From Octopus vulgaris (Eukaryota): a stretch of DNA of 64,000 nt. The notes below the pieces were generated by a model that was not told where the DNA came from, did not search any database, and worked only from the letters and a program-made list of their open reading frames with translations. Shown in pieces: positions 52,768 through 64,000 of this stretch. The stretch lies in contig OX597821.1 in the NCBI GenBank assembly GCA_951406725.2, forward strand, positions 26,164,001 to 26,228,000, written 5' to 3'. The stretch's first letter is position 1, and each line of letters begins with the position of its first letter. The position numbers and the translations under genes were made by a program.

Positions 52768-54054
52768 TATTCATTGTCGCCACCCCTCAAAAATAGTGGT
52801 TATGAGATTATGCTAGAAACAATAATTACCCATAATTATTCCATACTGGCATGGCTTTGGGGGAAAGATGTTCAGTACCTGACTTTATGGTTCAGCTCCA
52901 TTTCTTGGCACCTTGGGCAAGTGTCTTCCCGGACCAACCAAAGCACTGTGAATAGTGAAATTAGAAGATGAATGCTTAAAGAAGCTCGTCGTGTATAACT
53001 ATGATTGCGCACGCGTGTGTGTATGTGTGTGTGGTGTGGTATTGTGTGTGTGTGTGTGTGTGTTTGTGTGTGTGAGTCCAGTAAAAATTTGCTATGTTCC
53101 TGGCAATATGTGTGTCTATGAGTGTATACATTTAAAGAACCATAACTAATTACCGCAAGTGCGACTCTCCCAACTTAACAAAGGACGTTCCGAATATGGG
53201 ATCGCTCGACCTGTTAGAAATAGCCTCCAGATTTCCTCAAATCACATCTTACTTCTCAAAAACAAAAAAAGATGAAAACAGAAAGAAGGAAAACATTGCA
53301 CTTCGTAGTCTCGTCATTGTATTGAGACAATATGACAGAGGTGTCGCTGGGCGTGAGATGCCCTTAAGAGCAGGCCTTAAGTTAACCGCTCCACCTGACT
53401 CCAGGCCTCCCAGCTTATCCATACAGGTTTATAGGGCTGACCCAAAAGTGCCGTCCCATTAAAGCATCACCCTTGGCAGGCCACGTCAAGCTTCGACCCC
53501 CACCCCACCCCACTTTCCTGTCTATATACGCTACTGGACCATCACGGGCGGAGGGCTTTTAATCACTGTCCGTTCGATACGCTGTGGACCAGAATCTAAA
53601 CACCATCACCACTACGAACAACAACAACAATCATGCCAATTCATTAACGATTCTTTTTTTCGCTCTTTCTCCCTCCTCATTGTCTTATATCTTTTATCTT
53701 TTGCTTGTTTCAGTCATTAGACTGCGGCCATGCTGGAGTATCGCCTTGAAGAACTTGTAGTCGAATGAATCGACCCCAGTACTCACTGTTGTTTTTTTTT
53801 TTTTTAAGCCTGGTACTTATTCTCTCGGTTCCTTTTGCCGAACCGCTGGATTACAGGGGCGTAAATACACCAACACCGATTGTCAGTTGTATTATAGATT
53901 CCGATAACTTAGGAAAATGGTTTGTCTTCTGGTCAACTTCGAGTATACCTCAGCCACAACCACCACCACCACCACCACCTCAATCTCACGCAACTTTTCT
54001 GCTCTCCATCTCCATCACCCCTCATACTCTCCCTCTCTCCCACCCCTATCTATA

Positions 54055-54108
<54 letters not shown>

Positions 54109-54232
54109 CCCGTCTCTCTACCTATTTACACCTCTCTCTCTCTATCTATCTATTTACCCCTCTCTCTACCTATTTACACCTCTCTCTCTCTCTCTATCTA
54201 TCTATCTACCCGTCTCTCTATCTACCTATTTA

Positions 54233-54270
<38 letters not shown>

Positions 54271-55307
54271 ATCTATCTATCGATCTCTAAGTACCCGACC
54301 AGTCGCCACCCTTACCTGACATCATTTTACCTTTGTTCATCGAGCAACTGTAGTTGAACAGTAGCCAGTTGCAGCGAGAGAGAAGTCGCTTTTAACCACA
54401 CAACACTCTGCCGCACTCCCCACCCACCCACCACCACCACCACTACCACCATCACCACCACCACCACCACCACCACCACCACCATCGCCACCGCCACCGC
54501 CACTATTGCAGCACCCGTCAATGTGTTTTGCTACGGTCGCTTAACATAACATCCGTACGCGCACGCAGACCAACACATACACGCGCGCACGGGCATAAAG
54601 CGCTCTCTTTCTCTGTCTGTCTGTCTCTCTCTAGAACTAGAAACGCACACACACACACACACACACTCATGTAGGCGCGCACAGTCTCACTCTCACATGT
54701 AGTGATGTACTGACATGTAGTGATGGTCATGATGCTCACTCTTCTGTTTCCCGTTGTAAGCATTACGCTCAACACGACCACCATCGCGACTACCACTACG
54801 ACGACGACCACCACAACCATCACCACCACCACCACCACCACTACCACCACTACCACCACCACCACCACCACCACTGGCTTTACCTGGAGTAGCCCCCCCC
54901 CCCGTTCATTCCTTCCCACCCCCGTTCATCGTCATCACGACGACAGCCACCAACGCACCATAATAACCACCATTGCTAAGAACCCCCTATTTGCCATTCA
55001 AAACCCTATTCACCGTTACCGCCTATCACCCCCACCCCCACCATCACCATCACCATCACCATCACTGCCGTCATCATCACTCTCAGTATCACTATTCACC
55101 ATCACAATTCGCTTTAACAATCACCACCGTTCACGACGACGACGACCACCAGCACCACCAGCACCACCAGCATCACCAGCACCACCACCACCACCAGCAG
55201 AACCATACCATGCCTTATCATTTATGAAAGCTGTTCCCTGCAGTAAGACCCCCGTTAGCCAGTATCCCACACAACTCACGTTGTTTCTCTCACTAACAAC
55301 CATACAC

Positions 55308-55313
<6 letters not shown>

Positions 55314-55373
<60 letters not shown>
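55314..55373. repeat. (CAG)n repeat within a CAC-rich low-complexity zone (54420-55380)
   Basis: Direct reading. Confidence 0.95.
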
Positions 55374-55374
<1 letters not shown>

Positions 55375-55676
55375 CCACCACCCCACACCTTGAAGTGTCG
55401 TTCGATAGCTATGGGCTCTGACTCACCTTTGGTGATATTAAAAATATATATATATATACACACACCAAAAATCAACTGCGTGTAATAGTCACCGATCTAC
55501 CCCTATCCGTCCCAAATAGTCATCACCTTCAGTAATACCCCTCTTCCCAACGCTAACATCCTTCATGGGATGTGGTGGGGCACCTCGACGATGATCTCAC
55601 TGTTGAAGCAACTTCTAATCTGTATACACCTTAATATCACGTGCCAATGGGGGAATAGGAATATCTGCATGTATAT

Positions 55677-55850
55677 AGGCGCAGGAGTGGTTGTGTGGTA
55701 AGTAGCTTGCTAACCAACCACAAGGTTCCGCGTTCAGTCCCACTGCGTGGCACCTTGGGCAAGTGTCTTCTGCTATAGCCCCGGGCCGACCAATGCCTTG
55801 TGAGTGGATTTGGTAGACGGAAACTGAAAGAAGCCTGTCGTATATATGTG

Positions 55851-55890
<40 letters not shown>

Positions 55891-56097
55891 TGTTTGTCCC
55901 GCTAGCATTGCTTGACAACCGATGCTGGTGTGTTTACGTCCCCGTCACTTAGCGGTTCGGCAAAAGTGACCGATAGAATAAGTACCGGGCTTACAAAAGA
56001 ATAAGTCCCGGGGTCGAGTTGCTCGACTAAAGGCGATGCTCCAGCATAGCCGCAGTCAAATGACTGAAACAAGTAAAAGAGTAAAAGAGTAAAGAGT
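55677..56097 (+). mobile_element. SINE B, full length
   Basis: Family B homology. Confidence 0.93.
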
Positions 56098-57302
56098 ATA
56101 TACCAGTCTGCTAGCAATAGCAGCTAAATCTCCCTTTAGCCACATTCAATATCCTACAACAGGGGAAGTCTACATTACATTATATGAAGTTCTGCATACT
56201 TAAAAAAAAAAAATGGGACGCTCCCGGCTGCGATGCGTTTGATCATCTGTCTACCCAATCAGGTTTGACCAGGGGCTAAATAGTAACACCTTAATATTTT
56301 CTACCCGTTACAATCTACCCTTAACAACCATAGCCACCTTCTTGCCACCCTGGATTGTAATTCCTTTGTCATTTTGTCCTTTGTGTAAAATATCCACATA
56401 GACTCTCCCTCTCTTTCTTTCTCTTCCACTCCCACCGTCGACGACTCAGCGGTAATGCCCCCACCCCCACTCCTTCACTTACTGTCTCCTCCCACAAACA
56501 TATCCACTCAATACACACACGCTCGCACGCACACGCACACACACACACACACACAAACATACACACACGCGCAGACTAACTCAGACTCACTCTCTGTAGT
56601 ACAGCCGAGTCCTCCTACTACCACTCCCGTCATTCTTCTTCGTGCCTATCAGCTGAGGGAGGAGGAAGAGGAGGGAGGATGAGGTATTAGTTTGACATCG
56701 TCCGATCCACCATTTCCTGTCTGTCTGTCAGTTGTCTGTCTGTCAATCTCTGTGTTGCAACCAGCCATCATTCCAAACGGTACACATATTTTCCATGCAG
56801 TGATTCTCAGCCAGAGGGTAAAATATTTAGCCCATGGAGATAAAAAAAAAAGACAGAGTGTGGTGGTGGTGGTGGTGGTGGTGGTGGTGGTGGTGGTGTA
56901 AATATACCTGAAAATTAAATAACAATTATTTAATTCCGTGAAACTTTAATAATAAAATAGCTTCATCCTTTTTTCTTTGCCTCAACGATGCCGACTATGC
57001 ATTTTCCCTCACGGGAGTAAGAGGAGAGAGTCAATAGCGAAATACATCAAACTCAGGGGTGGGGTGGGGGGAATGGTTGAGGAGGGGTTGGAATTTACTG
57101 CTCAAGATATTGCACGGTTCTCTGTTGTTATTGCTGCTGCGATTATTTTTATCTTCAGGGTATCCCTGGTGGAGAACACCTTTGGTCTAAAACGCCTCAA
57201 GGATGACGTTTTGAGACATTGTATATCTCAGATTACATTATACAATATATCCTTTCGTTGAGTGAATAAATATGAGGAGTAATTTGACTGCTATTTCTAC
57301 CA

Positions 57303-58293
57303 CCGATTTATAGTAGCTTTACCTTTCGACTTATTTTAGAACATGGTTGAGTCCATAAAATAGGATTTGACTACACTTCCGTTTAGAGCACAGTTTAAGC
57401 TATCTTTTCGTGGAAGAAGGTTTATGTTCCTATGACCTGTGTTAATTCTGTAACCCTTTCAAATGAAAGATAAGAAAGTTCATTTTCAGCACTTGATGCT
57501 TTTCTTTTTCCGTAAAGGGAAAAAATGCCTCACAAGCAACCAAAGAAATATGCGCAGTTTACGGTGATGTTTCTTTATCCGAAAGAACTGTACGGAAGTG
57601 GTTCGCAAAGTTCCGAGCTGGAGATTGTAGCCTTATTGATAAAGAGCGATCAGGCAGACCATCCACTACAGATGCTGACCAAATTGCACAATCCGAGAAT
57701 TGGCAGAAAGCCTCAACCTATCAAAATCCGTCGTTCATGAGTACCTGGTAAGGCTTGGGTACACAAATCGCTACCACATGAGTTGAGTGAGAAGAACCTT
57801 CTGGATCGCATTTCCATCTGTGATTCGCTTTATAAATAGAATGAAAATGCGCCTTTTTAAAAGCAAATTGTGACAGGTGATGAGAAATGGATTATCTACG
57901 AAAATGTTCAGAGAAAGCGATCCTGGAGTAAGCGACATGAGCCACCCTTAGCCACCCCAAAAGTGGGTCTTCACTCTAAAAAAGTTTTGCTTTGTGTCTG
58001 GTGGGATTGGAAAGGAATTCTGTACTATGAGCTTCTTCCAGGTAACCAGACAATTAATTGAGAAATACTGCACACAACTGGACGAGTTAAAAGCAGCAGT
58101 TCAAGAGAAACGTCCAGAATTGGCCAACAGGAAGGGTGTTGTTTTCCAACATGATAATGCAAGACCGCACGTTTCTTTGGGAACCAGACAAAAATTGCTG
58201 CAGCTCGACTGGGATGTGTTACCCTACCCTCCATATTCACCTGATATTGCTCCTTCGGATTTCCACTTATTCAGGTCTCAGCAGAATAGTCTT
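57303..58293 (+). pseudogene. Mariner DD34D transposase pseudogene, truncated by (TATG)n
   Basis: TGDEKW, HDNARPH and [13 protein letters not shown] motifs with frameshifts and stops; 5' leader matches 30672-31237. Confidence 0.93.
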
Positions 58294-58775
58294 ATGTATG
58301 TATGTATGTATGTATGTATGTATGTATGTATGTATGTATGCATGTATGCATGTATGCATGTATGTATGTATGTATGTATGAATGTGTGTATGTATGTATG
58401 TATGTATGCATGTATGCATGTATGCATGTATGTATGTATGTATGTATGTATGTATGTATGAGTGTGTATGTATGTATGTATGTATGTATGTATGTATGCA
58501 TGTATGTATGTATGTATGCATGTATGTATGTATGTATGAGTGTGTGTATGTATGTATGTATGTATGTATGTATGTATGTATGTATGTATGTATGCATGCA
58601 TGCATGTATTTGTGTTTCGATAACTTGAAAATCAGTAATGACTAAGAACTTTTCTTCGAAAAATAAATGTGATACTCTATTTAATTGTATAGAGTACTCC
58701 TTCAAGTAATCGACTATTTTCATATGTAATTAAACATAGAAAGCCAACATTAATGTGCGCGCGCATATATATAAA

Positions 58776-59156
58776 CTAGCAGTATCGCCCGGCGCTGCTC
58801 AGTTTGTAAGGGAAATAACTATAAAGCATTTTTAGAGAGTTATAGCCAAAAAATACCAAAAAAATGGAAAAAAAATGATGGTAAATTTTTTTGAGAGTTA
58901 AAAAAGGTGGAGTTGCGTCCCCTAGACGGTCTGTGGTTTGGGTTTCTGATTCTCGACCCCATGTCGAATTTATCGATTTTTTCAGAACTGGGGGAACTTT
59001 TCAAAATTTTTGCTGCGTTAGTTTTGAATTATGACATTGGGCTATGTGTGTGTCAAGTTTCATCAGAATCGGTTGAAAGCCGTGGTCGGAGTGAGGGTAC
59101 GAGAAAACAGACACACAGAAAACGCACAGACAAACTGCCGTTTATATAGAGAGAGA
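58776..59156 (-). mobile_element. Non-autonomous Helitron
   Basis: Minus-strand 3' end ...cttacaaactgagcagcgccgggcgatactgCTAG|T shared with 16586-16982; 5' A|TC. Confidence 0.82.
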
Positions 59157-59162
59157 TATATA

Positions 59163-59254
<92 letters not shown>

Positions 59255-59801
59255 ACAGATAAATAGATAGACAGATAAATAGATAGATATACACACACAC
59301 ACAAATGCTTTATTTTCTACACGTACTCGGTGAAATACCCAGACTCCAGATTCTTATAAAATTGTACGAGCGCCATAAAACGAACAGGAATTCAGATGTA
59401 TTCCTGTTCGCTTTATCGTGCTCGATACTGGTCATTTCTGTTTAATTTGTTTACACTACACAATGAATCTCTGTGTGTGCGTGCATGCATGCATGTATGT
59501 ATGTATGTATGTATGTATGTATGTATGTATGTATGTATGTATGTATGTATGTATGTATGTATGTATGTATGTATGTACGTATGTATGCATGTATGTAAGT
59601 GTCTACCTACCTACTTACCTACCTACCTACGTGCCTACGTACCTACTTTCCTACCTACCTACCTACCTACTTACCTACCTACCTACCTACCTACTTACCT
59701 ACCTACCTACCTACCTACCTACCTACCTACCTACCTACCTACCTACCTACCTACCTACCTACCTACCTACCTACCTACCTATCTATCTATCTATCTATCT
59801 A

Positions 59802-59886
<85 letters not shown>

Positions 59887-59936
59887 ATTATCCTCTCTAT
59901 CTATCTATCTATCCATTTATAATTTGTTTCTTTCAG

Positions 59937-60007
59937 GTGACAGCGCGCTAGCTGGGACCGAGGACGAAAAGTTGATGACATGGGATCTCTGGAAAGGAAA
60001 GTTCTGA
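59937..60007 (+). other. Candidate exon after a strong splice acceptor
   Basis: aatttgtttctttcAG|GT, then DSALAGTEDEKLMTWDLWKGKF*; no partner exons identified. Confidence 0.2.
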
Positions 60008-60335
60008 AGATCCAAGACCTCCTTCTTCGATCCACATCGATTTTATTGCTGATGCGAATGCTCCAACTGCATTCATGTCAATTATTGCTTTTAAGTCTTT
60101 GATAAATTCAGACTCTAAATGAGGCTTTGAGGAGAGAGGGGAATATGGCTGTATAAACACGTCCTTTTTTTCTTTCAAAGAACGGTGACATTTCTGTCGG
60201 AATTGCAATCAAGCAATAACATTAGCAATAGAAAAAATGCGAACAGGAACATGGCCTCCTTGTTTATATCGGACGATGAGATGCTACGATCAATATCTAT
60301 CCATCTCCCTCTCTCCTCTCTCTCATTCCCTCTCT

Positions 60336-60439
<104 letters not shown>

Positions 60440-60479
60440 TTACACATTTATGCATGTATATATATATATATACACACAC

Positions 60480-60525
<46 letters not shown>

Positions 60526-60539
60526 TTGCACATTTATGC

Positions 60540-60582
<43 letters not shown>

Positions 60583-60663
60583 CATACATTTATGCATGTA
60601 TATATGCTTATATACTTGCATGCATACATTTAAATAACTCTCTCTCTCTCTCTCTCACGTGTA

Positions 60664-60719
<56 letters not shown>

Positions 60720-61011
60720 TAGAAATATAAAGAAAGGAGGTTGGAAATGCACTTTGAATCGTGAAAAGGATTCATCTATAATTTATTTCCCACTTCCATA
60801 ATTTTCAAAAGTATCGCGAGAGGGAGAGTCCGGGAACCATGTCAATCTGTCTCGACTCTGAGTCGAGAAAAATACCGCGCGTATCTTTAGTTATTTTTCC
60901 TTGAAATTTGAAATACTGTCTTGCGGAAAGGACGTCTGATGATTACTTACTTAGCTTGAAACTAACAGTAATGATTCAGGATTGAATTTTAACACTTATT
61001 TTCTAGTAAAT

Positions 61012-61233
61012 GTATTTGTTCGTCAAATATGAAATTTGTAAAAAAAAAAAAGAGTTTGTTAATGTTTTATAAATACAAGGAATAGTTTTATTCATTAAAA
61101 TATGCACCCATATTGTCAATACCCTTTTGCCATTTCAGCGGTAGCTTGTCCAGATCGGAACTGTAAAAATCTGGCAATCTAGAGTCAATAACATCTTGGA
61201 AGGCCTGTTTTACAGCATCGTCGGAATTAAAAA
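61012..61233 (-). mobile_element. Mariner 3' fragment (different family)
   Basis: FNSDDAVKQAFQDVIDSR..DFYSS.LDKLP.KWQK.ID..GAYF. Confidence 0.8.
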
Positions 61234-61332
61234 TGTCTTCTGCTCTAGCCTCGGGCCGACCAAAGCCTTGTGAGTGAATTTGGTAGACGGAAACTGAAAG
61301 AAGCCCGTCGTATATATATATGTATGTATATG

Positions 61333-61396
<64 letters not shown>

Positions 61397-61607
61397 TGTG
61401 TGTGTGTGTCTTTGTCCCCCCAACATCGCTTGACAATCGATGCTGGTGTGTTTACATCACCGTAATTTAGCGGTTCGGCAAAAGTAACCGATAGAATAAG
61501 TACTAGGCTTACAAAGAATACGTCCCGGGGTAGATTTGCTCGACTAAAGGCGGTGCTCCAGCATGGTCGCAGTCAAATGACTGAAACAAGTAAAAGAGTA
61601 AAGAGTA
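61234..61607 (+). mobile_element. SINE B, 5'-truncated
   Basis: Family B homology. Confidence 0.9.
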
Positions 61608-62036
61608 AACAGAGGAGTAGAGTCGTTGTACGAGTTCTCCGTTGGAGTCAGTGTTAGTTATGTGATATATACGAGTTCGAGTTACCATTGAGGTAGACGT
61701 TTCAAAGTCGTTGTCTTGAGGAGCTAACAGTGATAGCACGTTAGACGAGTCGAAGATAAAAAGACTCGGAATATCGCCACAACATAAGAGTGACGACAAG
61801 AATATTACAGTGCCTACAATGGCATAGGAGTAGACGAGGATCTCACATTATAACAATACCCCAATAAGGAGGAGTACTATCCAGGGGTAATAATCCTTTC
61901 TACGATCGGAACAAGGCTTGAAATGGGGGGAGCTAGTCGATTGCATCGACCTGGAATTTGAACTCAGAGCGTAAAGACGGACGAAGTGTTAAGAAAACGA
62001 TTCTGCCAGCTCACCGCCTCAATAATAATAATAATT

Positions 62037-63310
62037 CATTCTTTATTGGCGACAAGGGCTAATATAAATCAAACACACGAAAGGAGAAACACAGGAGGAT
62101 AAAAAAAAGGGTTTTGCAAAAGGAAAAGAACCGTGAAAGTATTTGATAACAACGAAAATATAACAAGTACAAAACTCCCAATAGGGGAAGGCGCTTTGAA
62201 GGTTACTCGTGGAAAAACCCATAAAAGCCACGGGTGCCTGGTCAACAGGGCGAGAGCCCTTTCTCCTTTTATAATCCTTTTTACAGGTGTAATCTCAGAA
62301 TTGGTCCGTCCATATTGGCCATTCTTCTGATATTCACCCGCCTTTCAACAAAATTTTCTACAAGACAACACTTCCCTCTCTATTCGCACCTTCCTTTTTA
62401 AGTGGAACTTGAAAAAGTTGGTGAGGCCTCGGCCAAAGAGGAAAGTGTCTGACTTTATCCCTTTCATACGAGTCCACCATACCACCTCTTTCGCTACAGC
62501 CACCAGACAAATGAAAATTGCCTTCTCCTCCCAGCTAAAGGAGGCCGGAGGGGCAATCTTCACTATGGATTCAGCTGATAGCCGGATCCTACCTACACGC
62601 GACAGTAGCTGTTCGACATAAACCTACAGGTCAGCAATACTCGGGCACTGGACGAGGGCGTGCAGAACGGTTTCGTCGCTCTGAGCGCACCTCGAGCAGG
62701 CCTGGCTAACGACACTTCCGTGCCTGTAAAGTTTATCCCGAACAGGTTGCGCCCCTCGGTAGTACTGCCAGGTGATGGACTTTTGGGAGTTATCCATGGG
62801 CCCCGGCCCGAAAGTTCTTCCAAACAGACTGCTTAGCTGGTCATCATCGATGCCTAGAGTTTCCTCGAGAACGTCATCGCACTTTTCCTGCACTAACCCT
62901 CTAACAGAAAGTGGAAGAGCAAGCGCACCAGCTTGGCAACCCAGCGGTCGGGACAAGGGACGACGGTCAAGCGGTAATAGATGACGGATGCGATGTACGC
63001 ATTCGTCACATCCGCTCGACTTTTCTGGGACAGCTTCCTCTCGGCTCATTTCTGGGTGATATTGGCCACCCTGTTCGTCACTTCGTTCCAATTTTTTTCA
63101 ACTGGATTTTTTTGACCGAACCAGACCCCGAGCAATTTAACGGGACCGTCTGTCTAGCGCCCCACGACGCTGTTGAACTTGTCTCTCCAGGAGTCCAGTT
63201 GCAAGCCCACCGGCTTTTCCGAGTTTATTTTCGCACCTGTCACCGCTTCGTACTCGCTTAGCGACTCGCCAATCAGGTCGATGTGCCTGTGGCTTGACAC
63301 CATCGCGGTA
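62037..63310 (-). mobile_element. Tx1/L1-like LINE 3' part with AATAAA and (ATT)n tail
   Basis: CSRC...DETVLHALVQC (zf-RVT-like); homologous to 22365-23690. Confidence 0.88.
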
Positions 63311-63330
63311 CTTAATAATAATAATGATAA

Positions 63331-63635
63331 TAATCCTTTCTATTATTGGCACAAGGCCTGAAATTTTCACTGGTATTTAATTTATCGCCGGCGGAATGTA
63401 GCGACGGGCGAAATACCTATTTTTTTATTACCCACAAGGGGCTAAACACAGAGGGAACGAACAAGGACATACAAACGGATTAAGTCGATTATATCGACCC
63501 AGTGCGTAACTGGTACTTATTTAATCGACCCCGAAAGGATGAAAGGCAAAGTCGACCTCGGCGGAATTTGAACTCAGAACGTAGCGGCAGACGAAATTTC
63601 GTCCAGCGTTTTAGCGATTCTGCTAGCTCGTTGCC
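63331..63635 (-). mobile_element. SINE A dimer (second monomer heavily deleted)
   Basis: Junction aaaaaata|ggtatttcgcccg; another deleted SINE A lies at 61890-62019. Confidence 0.8.
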
Positions 63636-64000
63636 TAATCATAATAATAATTAATTCGTTTTATTGGCCACTTAACGGTCAGACGGCTGCATCAATGGTT
63701 ACTATGATTTTCGGGATTACGAAGGAGGTTATCAGGAAGGTTTTTTAGCGAAAATCTTTTTTAAAATGGGCAAAAGTATGATTATTTAGTAGATATCTTT
63801 TGTTAAAATTTCGGCGATGCGGATTAACTCTGGATTCCTCCGACCCCATCGAGTATAGCTCGTGAATTTAGAGGCTTTAGATTTGCGATACTATCCCTTT
63901 ATTTCCCATTTTAGATGGGCAGATTTGCTATCTTATTATAATGGGCTTTATGCCCGTCTGTTTGTCCGTCTCTTTGTCTGTTCCCTCTTCACGGCCAGAC

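Noticed and set aside
60930-60978. CTGATGA...GAAActaacagTA
   Set aside because: No stem II and only a 3-bp stem I; the same applies to cores at ~25955, ~26335 and ~46732.

Overview
Gene-poor, repeat-saturated animal genomic DNA. I infer an octopus/coleoid cephalopod from recalled SINE families and the microsatellite load; this is not provable here. No convincing host protein-coding gene was found, and nearly all track ORFs are translations of microsatellites or SINEs. The window holds about 40 copies of tRNA-derived SINEs from at least four families and decayed non-LTR retrotransposons (R4/Dong-like RLE, Tx1/L1-like, CR1-like, RTE, HERO-like). It also holds mariner, Tc2, hAT and Helitron remnants, and Penelope-like (PLE) GIY-YIG fragments. 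The main signal is a set of small elements carrying hammerhead-ribozyme (HHR) motifs, mostly in inverted repeats or (TA)n arrays. The best is a ~370-nt rod-like foldback (2741-3110) with a minimal type I hammerhead at its apex on the minus strand. A four-copy family has a non-canonical CUGUNGA core, and two decayed HHRs lie next to PLE endonuclease remnants. Secondary signals are a SINE that appears to insert into its own head and microsatellite-targeted retroelement chains. All alignments and folds were done by eye, so the coordinates of decayed copies are approximate.
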